A stretch of 63,913 bases of DNA, filler included, from Folioceros fuciformis (Eukaryota): NCBI GenBank assembly GCA_049999805.1. It is 5 parts of 5 records of this genome, joined end to end, with 100 filler letters (N's around TTAATTAATTAA, not from the genome) between each part and the next. Parts side by side here need not be neighbours in the genome. Positions count along the whole stretch, not along the records: positions 1 to 23,293 come from JBNGIO010005950.1; positions 23,394 to 41,121 come from JBNGIO010005951.1; 3 more parts are not named here. One strand, 5' to 3'. The notes beneath the pieces were generated by a model. The model saw only the letters and a list, made by a program, of their open reading frames with translations, ran no database searches and had not been told where the DNA came from. The number at the start of each line of letters is the position of its first letter. The stretch's first letter is position 1. A program made the position numbers and the translations under genes. This document shows, in pieces, positions 12,685 through 25,828 of the stretch.

Positions 12685-14309
12685 GACGAACTATCGATAA
12701 CTCCCGCTGCCTCTAGCACCCACTTCGTTTGAAACACAAGCGCACCCAACTCTTAAATCAGCCTGCGCCTGTGATGGCGGCAAAGGACGGAGAGGTTCAG
12801 AAAAGCTGGAGGCGAGGAGGGAAAAGAAGAAACGCTGTCGGATGACAAGTGGGAAGCCAAAGCCCTCGACATAACATATAAAGACCAGGGGCGTGGCTAC
12901 CGACCCTTACCGAGCTTGTTGGACCTGTGAGAGAGGCGGGGAGGAGTCACCGCGTGTGGTAGACAGCGCCGAGGCCTCGTCCTCGGTGGAACGGAGGCAA
13001 AGACCGCTGAGCTGTCCGCGCCTCTGCCACGACCGCGCCCTATATGTAAATACCTTAAGTAATACCTGCTATTTTAATTTGTAAATTGTCGTGGCGGAAA
13101 ACCTCCTTCGCAGCTAGTGGTCCACAGCCGCTCTCGTCTGCGCTGTCCTCGTCAGAATATTCGGCTAATAACCTGGACTTGCGTCCGCTTCACGGATGCT
13201 CCTCCATAACGATCCGCTGCCTGCTTTCTCCTTCCCATTGGCTGCCACAGCATTAGCCGACCACGTCCGGACTCACATGTGTACATACCGTCCCTTTCGA
13301 GCCCACTCCAGGTTTCCCTCCTCGGCCACCACAAGTTACTTGGGAAGATACATACGGCTTTGACAGTGTTGGCTGGGCTAGCCATCTCCCCATTGGTGAC
13401 CTCATCTCGTACAACTGCATCACAGAACCGACAGAATTGTTGCTTCGGGAAGCATATGCGTTATAAGCCCGTTAACTATCTGAACAATCTGACGGTGGGG
13501 CTGTGAGGAATGTCCGATCTGGTCCACACTAGTCTCCTGAGTCCCGAAGTCAAGACGCGGCTCCTCTCAAACCTCACGGAAGATGTTAGCCTGTCCATCT
13601 TCCTAGAAGCTAGGGTTTCGAGTGACGAGCAACGCGGCATGAACATCGTTGTCAGCAATCGGGAATTGCACACTGACCAGCATCCAAGCTTGCTTGCAGC
13701 CACAGCAATAACGTGAGAAGGCGTGCATCAGATTCCAACCGTCTTGCATGTATGAGCAAACTTCCCACATCCACAAGAAGCGCGGCCAAATTTCAAGAGA
13801 CTGAGAAGGGTCTCCGACTCTCAGGACTACGGGCGCGACCAGGCGAGGGCAACACCGCGTTTCCAAGATTTGGCTGCGTAACTGCTTGAAGGATGAATCT
13901 GCGGCCATTCAAGCAAATGCTTTCTTTCCGTTTCGGAACACCGATGAGCAGAGCCTACTCTTCCGCTGAATAATCAGAGAGCAAGGAGGCTGCCATGATC
14001 CTGTTCCTTGCCCTGCCCGAGCTAGGCAAGCGCACAGTGGAGGAGCCGGCTGAGATGGATGCCGGTTATTGCTCATCCCGAATCTGGAGATGGAAACAAC
14101 AAAGCCGTACCCCGTTTGCAGCGCGTGTGAATGCGTGCCACATTAGTTTCAGGAGACTAGGAGCTCTGCACCACGCCACTTGCTATTCGCCGCGGTGGCA
14201 GGCTTCGTTTATAAATTTCGCTGGTTAGGTCACATTCATCTGAGGCTTTTCTTCACTGAAACTTGGTTGGGTGAAGCTTTTCTCTGTTGCCGCTGCCAGT
14301 CCAGTGTCC

Positions 14310-16624
14310 ATGGCCGCACTCGGGTTGCCGCCCTCCTTGCAGCTGGTTGCGGGCAGCAGCAGCGGCCGTAGTGTGGGAAGCACCAGTAGTAGCAGCAGCA
14401 CCAGCAGCATCACCTCTTTCAGCAGTTCACGGCAAGTGCAATTTGACCTAATCATCGGCAAACCCTGCTTCGATCCATGCACTTTGCACGCTCGCAATCA
14501 GCCGGGGCAACCATGGTGTTCTCTGCCCCCGAATCCGGATTCGGGGGGCAAAGATTTTGGGGGCTGGATATTGTCGCACACCCCCCGACTGCCCTTGTTC
14601 TTCAGGCACGCTGTTCCGGGATCCAAGAGCGGAGCCGATAAGCTTGTGGCAGAACAACGGGAGGAGGAGCCGGAGCCGTTTCTGGGCGATACTGGGAATG
14701 GTCGAGGTAACTTCAGGGACAGCAACTTCGGGAACGGGGGCAATGATGGCGGTGGCGGCGGACCAGAAGGGGGAGGCGAAGGAGAAGGACAAGATGAAGA
14801 AAAAGAATTCGGACCCTTACTCAGTGCCGACGAAGTACGCTCTCTAGCTCGAGGAGTACCATTGCCGGCGGACATGGCTAGGATAGCTGAAACCGTGGGC
14901 CTACGAAAGCTCATTCTTCTGCGCTATCTTGAGTTGCAGGTCTCGTCCTTAAACAACCGCCAATGCAACGTGCATTCTGAAAGCCTGCTCTGGGCTGCTC
15001 CTCCTTGCTGTGAAATGTTTGCTGCTGGATAAAGGGCGTTGTCAGACGTCATCTTTCCCAGGCCCACAGGTCTTCGTACGGACTCTGTCTAGTGTTTTCG
15101 TTTCTAACTGCTGCCTCTAGTGCATTGGGATACCTCCTCGATCATCTTCCCCATGCTCTTGCTGGGTCCTTCCTTGTAACGGCTGTTTCCACCTTTTGGC
15201 GCAGGAGAAGGGTTTGTTGGGGGCAGCCATTCGGGGGAGTGCCTTGTTCAGAAATAGAATGCTAGCTGATCCAGCCTTTCTCTTCAAACTCGCCACCGAG
15301 GTAATGCCATCTTTGCTTGCACTGGTTGGTTGGTTTTCTGGCTGTGAGGCCGCCTTTGTTCTCACCCACTGTTTGTCACCGCTCATGTTTCAGGTTGCCA
15401 TAGACTCAGCGTCTGTCACCTTTGCGGAGGTGCAGAAACGTGGCAAAGATTTCTGGGATGAGTTCGAACTCTTCCTGTCCGACCTATTTGTCGGTGTTGT
15501 CCTGGATATCGCTCTTGTTGGTTTGCTGGCACCTTTTGTGCAAATGAGAGCGGCCTCCACACGACGAGGCATAAGGGGTTCGATGTCCCGAGCTATCCAG
15601 GCGTTGCCAAGCAGGTCAGGCTTTAATAGTCTCTGCTTCCAGGACCACCAGTTCTCACAATGCGGGAGTTCTTGCTCATGTTAGTGTTCTGCTTGCTTCC
15701 CTTGTTTGCTCTCCTGACGCAGCATTCCTTGACCACGTCCGCAGTATTTTTGAGGCTCAGGGGCCTGGGCGCAAATTTACTATTCCCCAAAGAGGCATTG
15801 CGTTTGTATACAAGGTTGGCTTGACTGCTTTCATTGGCTCATTTGGAGCAGTTAACTCAGGGTTTTCTAGTGGGCTTTCACGTCCGGGTTTCAGCAGACC
15901 ACGCAGGCAGCAGTCCCAGTGCTTTGAAAGGCGGATGGAATATGCTCTAATCTCTGCCTGTTGTGTTCATCAGGCGGGCCAATATGGATTGATGGGATTC
16001 AGCTGTGGACTTATCGGACAAGGAGTGGCAAGCACTATGATGACTTTGAAACGGTAAGCTTTCCCACGGTTTATAGAGGTAGATTGTTTCTCTTTGGAGT
16101 ATGGAGGATAATAAGATCAAGCTCAAGTCAGTCGCAGGCTCAGTATTTCCTGCTCGGTTCTGAAAAACAAACTGGTCAGAGATCAGAAGTCGCAGTTCTC
16201 CCGACCGTTCTCTTGTCTGTCTCAAGCGGTCAACCTGGGGATTTTGAATGACTGCTTTCCTCACGAACTGCCCGTCCCGTCATTTCAGGAAGGTAAAGAA
16301 GTCTGAAGAAGAGATCGCGGTACCTGATATTTTTCAAAGTGCTCTCCTTTGGGGTAAGATGGTTTCTTCTGATGGATTCAACGTTTGTGATGGTCGCACT
16401 GCAGCTCCTAACGGAATTACATGGTTGCAGGGGGTTTCATGGCCTTCTCCTCGAACACCCGGTACCAGATATTAAATGGACTGGAACGGCTGGTCGAAAG
16501 CTCTGCAGCCGCACACAGGATACCTTCCCTATCGCTGGCCTTCACTGTCGGAATACGTTTCTTAAACAACATTTATGGCGGAATGCAGTTCGTTGATTGG
16601 GCGCGCTTGGCAGGAGTACAGTAG
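14310..16624 (+). CDS. RE: RETICULATA / RER1-like plastid envelope protein (DUF3411)
   Basis: Ser-rich transit peptide, Gly-rich stretch, RMLADPAFLFKL...AEVQKRGKDFWDEFELF, SSNTRYQILNGLERLVE, and ending NNIYGGMQFVDWARLAGVQ*. Confidence 0.9.
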
Positions 16625-16731
16625 AGAAGAGCAGTTGTGTGATCTTACTTTTAATCGACCCTAGTTTTACCAGGAGATAGTATGTTGCCCATTATGCAGG
16701 TCAAACTGCGCAGCGAACGTGTGACGCTCTG

Positions 16732-16990
16732 CAGTTTCTTTTTGACGATGGATATGTTGAGTTCGTCGACAGCATTCCACAGTTTCTTTTAGCCATTGGA
16801 TATATTGAGTGCGTCGACAGCATGCTTTTCTTGATATGGGGATCTCAGGCTGCTCCTTCGGATGCCAACATCAAGTGCGTTGGCCGACAACCAAGTGTGT
16901 GGGGGCAACAATCAAAGTGTGGGGGTAACAATCAAATGTGCGGGCCAACAAGAATTGTGTAGCCTACCAAGAAGGGTGTAGCCTATCATC
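16732..16990. repeat. Short local duplications (two copies of ~48 bp; three copies of ~21 bp) between convergent 3' ends
   Basis: cagtttcttt...tggatatRttgagtKcgtcgacagcat at 16732 and 16780; caatcaaagtgtggggg-like units at ~16888-16950. Confidence 0.6.
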
Positions 16991-17032
16991 ATGTCTGCAG
17001 ATATCCGGCCCGCAGTCTGGAGGCACGTTACC

Positions 17033-20000
17033 TTACTTCACCTTCACACTAGAGAATTGAGAAGCTTTTGTTTCCGCAGCAGTGAGTTCCAACGATAGCT
17101 CCTTCAGTTTCCTCACAATACTGAGGCCCTTATCTGGTAGCCTGTCGATGAGGGCCTGCAAGAAATTTTTGACTTTTAAAACAGGTTCTTAGCAAAATAC
17201 CCACTCAAAGAACAGAAACTTGTCAAGCAGCCAGACCTGATCCTCTAAGGTCCTGGCAAGACGCTTGATGTTGCCCTTGAGATGACCAACTTTATAAGCT
17301 GACTGACGAGCAGCCTCCTGCAATTCAAATTCTTTGGGATCAAGGCTGCGTAGAAACAACGTTGGAGTTAGGGCTCACTGTCATGGGAAGCGAATGTAGC
17401 CAGCTTCAAGTTCTGCAGGTGGTCAACGAACAGATCACTGAAAACAAACGTGAAGAGTCAAGCATGTCAATACGCCGTAGCAAGCGCCGCCCGCAAGCAG
17501 GGTCGAGATTCGCACACTTTCTTTTCAGGCCGAGGAGGTTGTTTTGGAGCTGGAGCCGTCTTGGTAAACAGACGATCATGGTGACTGACACCTGCCATCA
17601 TGGGTAGCTTGTGAAGAAATTGTATCTGCTGCTGGATTTGCTCCGTACTGCATGACGTTCAAAAATTCGTCTCATTACTGTACGTCAGGGCAGGCAACAT
17701 CCAGAATGCAAATAAGCATGCAAATCGCTCATGTCAAGGATGACGATTTAAAAGTGGAGGTCGTTACACGCAATACTGATTATCATGCTCTTCGTGCAGT
17801 TGCTGCTGGGTCAGAGAGATGTCAAACCCACAGCTTGGAACGGAGAAAATTTCGTGGAGGTCCTGCATGCCACGACAATGCTCACTACGAGTTCGACGTA
17901 AAAAGTCAAGTACAGTAAGCTATCGAAAACAGGAGATGAGGAGGCTCATCACCTACTTTCTGTGAAAAATATCGAAACGTTTCCTTCTTCTCCGTTGCAA
18001 CTTTCATGAGTCCTCCTTTGAACACCTGCAGGACAGATGAGGTACTTGTAATTTGAACTCATGCTTCCAAAACCACATGACAACAGAAGTGGATGTGAAG
18101 AAGAAACAACATGCTTCAATTGAACGAAGACAACCCCTTGCCTGCTTTTTGTACACTATCTCTTCGATAGTGCTGCAGGAGATTAGCCGGTACACAAGCA
18201 CATCCTTTGTCTGACCAATCCGATAAGCTCTATCAACACTTTGGTTGTCTACACTGCATGCCACATAAGCACTCAGGATAGTTTTACAACACCGGCCTAC
18301 AGCAGAGAACACAAAGTTGCGCTGTGACTGGAATGGACTTGCCTTGGATTCCAATTCGGGTCTACAATGATGACTCTATTTGCAGCAGTGAGAGTGAGTC
18401 CAAGACCTCCGACTTGTGACGTTAAAAGAAGAACTACTATGCTCGGATCCGACTGAAATTCCTGCAAATCAAACCATTCAATTTAACGATCAGGTTGACG
18501 GAGCTAAAACCTTATATACACTAATAGGACAAAAAAAGAGCAAGTCTCGTCCAAATCTAAGCAAACCACAATGTTTCAGGCATAATCCTTTTCCACAAGT
18601 GTCATGTCAGATCTAAGGAAGAGCCTGTGGGTGTAGATGCAATATTTTGCATCAAGGACCAGGAAAGGCGTGCAACATTTTGCTGCCGCCGTGCCACCAA
18701 CTTACTTGAACGTTCTGCTCTCTATCAGAAGCCTTCATTGTCCCATCTATGCGAAGAAAGCGATAGTGCTTCTGACTTATCTCTTCCTGCATGGTCGTAA
18801 TAGTTTTTAGATATTCAAACCGGCGAGCTGCAGGATTGACATTATCCCTGTACCCCGCGTATCCACAGGTAGCCAGGGAAAATGGCGCTAACCTGGATGA
18901 TGTCAAGCATCTTTCTCGTCTGGCTGAAAACAAGAGTCCGGTGTCCATGTCCAACTAAGTCTTCCTGCCATGAAGAAGCATTCATTTAGCGGTTGGCCAC
19001 AATTGAAGTCACACATCCAAAACCACGGCGTTCATCCAATCCAGGACAAGGATAGCGTCAGAAGTGTGTCAACAGCTAATCTAATGAAAAGAAGTATTCG
19101 AACATTAAAAAAAAGTGTTATACCAAAAGAGAAACGAGGAAATCAATCTTGCAAGAGGACACAATATGACTCCCTCTAGCTCCTTCGTCAAGATCAACAA
19201 GATCTGCCAAGGTCCCAGCCATCTCTTTTGCAGTTGCACGATCTTTACCACTCATCATGTCCTCCAAGCCCTCCGTGATATCATCAGTTGCTCGTTTACT
19301 CAGCAGGAGAGGATGATCACAAATCTTCTTTAAAACCTGCTCTAGTTACAGGGATCACTTAAGCCACATTACATACTTGTGCATAACCAGGCTGAGCCCA
19401 TCAGTGAGAAGAATGTTTGATCTCATCAGGTATCAGCATAACAAATAGATTTGACAAGGCCTGGACTTCCTTCGCCAAAAACCAGAATGTCGGAACAGTT
19501 AGTGGTGAATTCTCAAGACAAGACAGCAAGGTACCGTTATTGCTGCAAGCGCATTACTAGCTCCCTCCAAAGCTGACCGAACTGCCTCGCTCTTGAGAAA
19601 TGCTCTGTACAGTTGTTGCTGTTTTGCGCCAGTGGAGGAGTCAGACCCATTTCAGCATGGCAGACAAAAAGGGCTCGCCATGCAGGATGAAGTACCTGAA
19701 ACTTAGATAATCGAAGCCAAACAATGAGATCGTTCTTTAATGGCAGCTTCCTACTCGTTGCATCTGTATCAGGAAACACTTCACTTTTCATGCGCCTTAG
19801 GAAGAATGGCGCAATTTGTTTCCTGAGATTCTGCAACACAATTCTATCAGTGGATACGCCCCAACTTTGTTTCACTGAGACAGAGAACTCCGCAGAACAG
19901 CACTTGGAAACAACTCAAGTGCTGCCTTGAACCAGATTTTGGATATCGACCATGGACTGACCTCAGCTGCAGCAGTCCCAACTCTTTGCACCCGCTCTGA

Positions 20001-21747
20001 AGCAGTTTTGTCATTTCCATGATGGATTGGGTTTTCATACTGCTGTTTGAACCTGCAACGACCAACAGTTATTAGCTGGCTATATGGCAGATGTGCTTCA
20101 AGACCAGGACCGTTCAATAAATAGGAATCTAGCATCCAGCAGATCAAAAGCATCCCAAAAGGTAATGAGATTACAGATTAGGCAATGAGCACAGGTGCTG
20201 TATTGGAGCCAAGGTACTCACTCTCTCCAATCACCAAAGAGGTGTGGGCAGCAGAAGTCAAAAAGGGCCCACATCTCCTGACCATGTGAACATGAGCTTC
20301 CTACGATAAGCCCCCAGTTGCAGATTTCATAAACCAAGAACTCCAAGTGACAGAGAAGAAGAAAAAATCGCACCCGAAGATTGTTCTGGATAGGTGTCCC
20401 GGAGAGAATAATGCGGTGAGAGCTTGGAATTTCACGTAAGCTTCTAGCACGCTCTGTGTTATGGTTCTTAATGAGATGACCCTGTCACAGACATGACAGC
20501 GCATAGTCAGACCAGCTGGCTACACTAGCTACCACTGTCGACAACTCGAAGGACAAGTTTGATCATGAAAGAAGTGGAAGCGCAGGCAAGAGCGAGGATG
20601 GGATTGTTACCTCATCCAGAATAACATAATCCCAAGAGATGTTAGATTCACATTGACCCTCGCCAGTAGACTCGCCTTTCAGTGTCTTCCAGTTCACTCG
20701 CACAATGTCATAGGTGGTCACGAGAACCCCGCCAAACTGAAGACAGGAGAGGGCAGGCACAAGGTAAGGTAGAAGCCATTCTGCAGAACCATGATTGACA
20801 CAGCACACCTTCTCCTGATTCAGAAAGCATCGAGAACATTAAAACCAATGGACCACAGTTGCCTTCTCCCACCCTTAGCACATGATGCAGTGCAGCGTTT
20901 CGAACAGACAACACAGAGCCAGAGTAGCTGCAGACGAAGATGAACCAGCCTCAGCGGACATCACAAACGAAGGCAGAAGAAGCGAAGCTCAGGTAGCACG
21001 CCACTCACTCTCTGGTTCTTCCGCCGAGGTCAACAGCTGATAGCTCTTTAATCCAGTGTGCAATCAGTGTTTTGGGCGCAACAATCAGCGCACGCTTGAT
21101 CAGCTGAGAGAGGAACAGACCAGCGAGGAATGCTGAAATCTGCAAAGCTCAAGGAGCAGCCAACATGCGAAATTAGGCTGCACGCCGAAACCAAAGAAGT
21201 CCAAACTATCTCAGCCCCGAGCTAAGAACTTCACCTGTCTCGTTTTGCCGAGTCCCATGTCATCCCCCAGAATGCCTCCCGTCCGTCTGACATGCAATTT
21301 CCAGAGCCAGCAGATCCCTTCTCGCTGGTGCGGGTAAAGATTACCTGCGATGTTGACAGGCAGGCAGTAGGCCTGACCTTTATCCTCCAGTGTAATTTCC
21401 CCGTTGGCTGAGACAGCGTTAGTCTCTCGAGACTGGACATGACTTTCAGAGGGCCTTGGCTTGACACTAGAGCTCTGGCCGTGTTCCCGTATGAGGTGAG
21501 TGGATATCTGAACGGCCTGTTTCTCAGTCTCCGGAGCTTTTGCAAATTCAATTGACCATTTCGCAATAGGAGCATGAGGTTCAGGATCGCTCAATTTCAG
21601 CGACCCGATCCTGTTGAGTAGCTCCTCCTGCTGCAGCTCATGTTGCCTTGAAGGAGCTGCTAGTTCGTGGTCTGAGTCGGAATTGGGGGAACCAGTTAGG
21701 TCCACCACGTGCCGCGGCATCAGTACCGGCTTGGAAGGCCGTGACAT
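17033..21747 (-). CDS. CHR24: SNF2-family helicase CHROMATIN REMODELING 24 (ERCC6L/PICH-like), multi-exon
   Basis: LYPHQREG...[99 protein letters not shown]-terminal RLPDKG. Exact ends are less certain. Confidence 0.9.
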
Positions 21748-23084
21748 GTCTACTTCCCCCTCTCCTCTCCTCTACAAGCGCCCCGGATTAAACACTGAGT
21801 TCCACTAGTCCCATAGCCCCCGCGCGGGAAATCAATTTCGAAGGAACACGAAACACTTGCTGGCTGTGCTTTCCTTACGCTACTCCTATTAGTCTGGACA
21901 ATACAAAAAAGGGTTTTAGGGGAAACCTCATTCTCCCTAGACGCTTTTAGAGGTAAACTCCTCCATTGCAATACCGAAGACCAGGGCTAAGGTAGAAAAC
22001 CTAGTTGCTCGTACCTTCCTACCCTTATTTTGTAAGAAAATGAGCACCTTGTACCTTGGACACCCCTATGCCTCTTAGCCCATGTGTAGGGAAATTGAAA
22101 GTTGAATGAAACAAGGAGGGATGGGGGAGGCTTGCAAGAGTGCAGATTGGGCACACTTGTGCCTTCTGCGTCACCTTGAACCCTATTTTGAAACCCTTAG
22201 CTTGAATCCTATCTGATGTGCAAAAGGAAGGAAGGTGAACGATTAGAAGGTGACGTTTTGCTATGAGAGCCTTATCTTTCTTGTGAGGTGGAGAATCGAC
22301 GCTATGGTTTTTCACTTTCAGCACAAAGTATTTATGTGTGAGGCATCCTTGTGCTTTCAAAAAGTTTTGATACCCCTTTTTGTCATCTTTAGTATGCCAT
22401 ATGTAGGATTTTGATGTCTTATGATAGAAAAATTGAAAGTTTGTCTTTACACACATCCAGAAAGATTGATACCTCAAACCATCGTATAGATTTTCAACAA
22501 CAATAATCATATATTTTTATTCAAATATTATCATTTCATATAAAAACAAGATAACACATTCATTGTATAGTATAATCTTTTTTTCTTTTTTTTACTTTGA
22601 AAGAGAGAAGGGAAAGCGTTAAAGCAATGGGGGCTGGAGCAAAAAAAAATAAAAGTAGTAGGTATCTTATAGCTCAAGAGGAAACGGAAGAGAGTGAAAT
22701 CAATAGAGCCATAGTAGAGCTAAATAAATCTAATGTTACCTTGTAGGTGGACAAAAGTAATGCCCCATAGTGCAAAAAGAAAGCAATGGCCTTGGATCTC
22801 GTTTACTCACTCCACAGCGCTCCACTAACAAATCACTCAACTCCCTCTCACACAACCCTAAACCGTAAAGTAGTCCACCATCCACTGACGACTCACAAAC
22901 CACCTCCTTTGGGTGCCGCTCTTCATTCACGATACTTACACAAGAGTCTGGCGATCTATGCCCCACTGGCTACTACCCTTAACTCAATCTAACAAGCTTG
23001 CTCTTCAAGCCCTCCACAGTTATCTCTCAACACCAGACTTCTTACTATTTACCTCAGTGTCTCTCAAGGCCTTTACCCTAGCCT

Positions 23085-23293
23085 TTTTATACTCCGCAGC
23101 TAAGTCACTACTAAAGCAAGGAAATCATACACTTTTTATACTTCGCAGCTAAGTCACTATTAAAGCAGGGAAATCATACACTTTTTATACTCCGCACCTA
23201 AGTCACTACTAAAGCAGGGAAATCATACACTTTTTATACTCCGCACCTAAGTCACTACTAAAGCAGGGAAATCATACACTTTTTATACTCCGC
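23085..23293. repeat. 49-bp tandem repeat (at least 4 copies) running into the contig end
   Basis: taagtcacta recurs at 23101, 23150, 23199 and 23248; unit ttttatactccgcacctaagtcactactaaagcagggaaatcatacact. Confidence 0.95.
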
Positions 23294-23393
23294 NNNNNNN
23301 NNNNNNNNNNNNNNNNNNNNNNNNNNNNNNNNNNNNNTTAATTAATTAANNNNNNNNNNNNNNNNNNNNNNNNNNNNNNNNNNNNNNNNNNNN
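23294..23393. other. Artificial contig linker N44-TTAATTAATTAA-N44
   Basis: The same 100-nt spacer with six-frame stops occurs four times in the window. Confidence 0.97.
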
Positions 23394-23435
23394 TTGGCAA
23401 ATTGCGGGGGCTGTGGCCGGGGTGAGGCAGATCCG

Positions 23436-25233
23436 ATGGACGCTGCGCCGGGCGCCGATGCGGAGTTGGTGTGCAAGACGTTGCAGGTGGAGCACAAGCT
23501 CTTCTACTTCGACTTGAAGGAAAATCCGCGTGGCCGATATCTGAAGATCTCGGAGAAGACCTCGGGCTCGCGCTCCACCATCATCGTGCCTGTGGCTGGA
23601 GTCGTGTGGTTTGTAGATCTCTTCACTTATTATGCTACCGGCGAGGATCCCGAGCCTGCGAGCAAGGAATTGCAGCTCGATACTAAGGTAGGCCTTTCTG
23701 CGGGTTGGGTTTTCGGGAAAGACTTTTGCAAATTGCTGCTGCGTCGATGAGATTGTGGTGTGGAGTTGAGGTTGAGGAATGACAACAATTTCCTCAGGTT
23801 TTGATGTGGAAATGTGGTGCCCGCAATGCCGTGCTTGGCTTACGGGTACTGCTGCCTTTTTTTTCTCTTGGTCTTTCGGCTGCTTCGGTGTTCAGCCGTT
23901 TGCCCTATTTCGTCAGGGTGTGTTGGTGCCCGTGCCCTTTCTGTGATGGCTCTCGGAAGCACGTTTTAAAGAACCGTTGTGAAACCGGGGGAATGGCGGT
24001 CGGCGGTGGTACAGCTTGCAAGTTTGTTTGCTAGCTCGTTAACCATGAATGACGTAGCGTCTTGATAGTGGCTGCTCTCAGACCTTTCAAGGTTCTTTGC
24101 AAGAAAATTTTGTTCGATGGAGTGATAGGGGAGCTCATGTGAAGGTGGTTGTGTGCTCACCGTTGTGCGTGAAGTAGTCTGCTGCTGCTTCTGTGAAGTG
24201 ATTCTTGCTTCGTTGAGTGGTCACCCTCTGTTTACACTCTGGAATGGCAGGTGTTCTACTTCGATGTTGGCGAAAATCCAAGGGGCCGATTCTTGAAGGT
24301 ATTGTTGGTTGTCACATGGTCTAGCTGCTGTGATCTAGCTTTCCTTTGCAGTTGCCATTTCTTACGTGCACCGCCTGAGGGTTGAAAGATCTACTTGCCT
24401 GCATTGTGCAGGTCTCAGAAGCCTCTGTGACGAGGAGTCGTAGTACGATCATTGTCCCTGCTGGCAGTGCAGCAGATGAGGGTTGGGCTGCCTTCCGGGA
24501 TGTTCTCATGGAGATTCAAGAAGCTCTACGGGTTATGCATCCCCCACCTAACGGTTTTCTCCCCTCCCAGGTACTCGAATAGGATACAAACCTTGTGCGT
24601 CTGTTGTCTGCAGGTTGTTATGAGCCAAGCTTGGTTGCTTTTACTGATTGGAGCGTCTTTGAGTATCTAGGTTGCTGGCTTCCTGCGATTGAGACTGTTT
24701 GATGTGTGTGTCATTTAAGACTCCAAGCCCTCAAGAACACCTTGGAAGTCTGTCGGATTCTGTTGGTGCTGGATTTCTGCCAAGTGTGAGTTCACAGGCA
24801 ATGACCTCAAGCAGCATTGGGGATCAGTCAATTCACATATCAGGGCCACCAGGCAGTGATCCCGGTGGTATGACATCCGCGGCCAGGGTCATTAGGGCTG
24901 AACAGAAGAAATTCTTCTTTGATCTTGGAAGCAATGCACGAGGCCAGTACCTTCGAATTTCAGAGGTGTGTTCCATCGCTCGCTTTGTGGAAAGCTGGTC
25001 CTTTCTGGAAAGTCATCCATTAGCCTTTCCTGTGAGTGAATCTCTGAGCGCTTCATGTTGTTCAGGTGATTGGAGCTGATCGATCTGCCATCATTCTGCC
25101 TGCTTCCGCTCTGGAGCAATTTCATGAAGCTTTAGGGCAGTTTGTAGAAATGGTGAAAAGTCAAGGCCTAGTGGGAACGGGAGTTGCAAATGTGCGAACT
25201 ATTGGGCCTCCTAGGAAGCGGTCCGACGTCTAG
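23436..25233 (+). CDS. PURA1: Transcription factor Pur-alpha 1 (three PUR repeats), 5 exons
   Basis: Repeats LVCKTLQVEHKLFYFDLKENPRGRYLKISE, SKELQLDTK|VFYFDVGENPRGRFLK|VSE and IRAEQKKFFFDLGSNARGQYLRISE; RSTIIVP motifs; stop at 25231-25233. Confidence 0.95.
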
Positions 25234-25828
25234 AGTGAGGTTTGCTTTGTTTGCCAGTTGGAGCGCCGGTGGAGTTGATTCCTCAGGTACAGATATGTGC
25301 AACAAGCAAGGTGGCAATCGAGGACCCTCATTAGTTGAGATGATGAGCTCACTGCTGCGTGGGGGCAACTCAGATGATACGGCACTCCGCTGCCTCTGAT
25401 TCGGGCTTTTGGTTTTTGCACTGACTTTCCTGTCTTTGTCGTAGAAGTTGGTGGGATGAAAGAGTTCTAACATCCGCATGGCGGGGTGCAGTAGCAGTTG
25501 AGTTGTCTTCAGTGATGTTGGACTGTTTGCATTGCTGTTACTGGGCTTTGCACAGGAGGCATAGGATGTCACCACCTCCTGCTTTTTTTGATGCGTGCTG
25601 CATGAGTTGCAGTCGCCTTCGGAACTGTTGTAGGGATATAGTCTCAGAAATGGCTCTCGTGTTGAGAGTTTCACTGCTTGAGAGGCTGCTACTCGCTAAT
25701 TTGGTCCTTTGTGCGGCCTACCGGCGATTGCAACTACGACGGTGGCCAGTCACTTTAAATTGACTAAATTTCCTCAGGTACCTAAGATGGTTAATCATCT
25801 GCTCAAAACTTGGAGAGAGGCGATGTCA

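Noticed and set aside
23436-25233. PURA1 as a third member of a 'PUR' cluster
   Set aside because: Name coincidence: Pur-alpha binds purine-rich nucleic acid and is not a purine biosynthesis enzyme. No evidence of a functional link.
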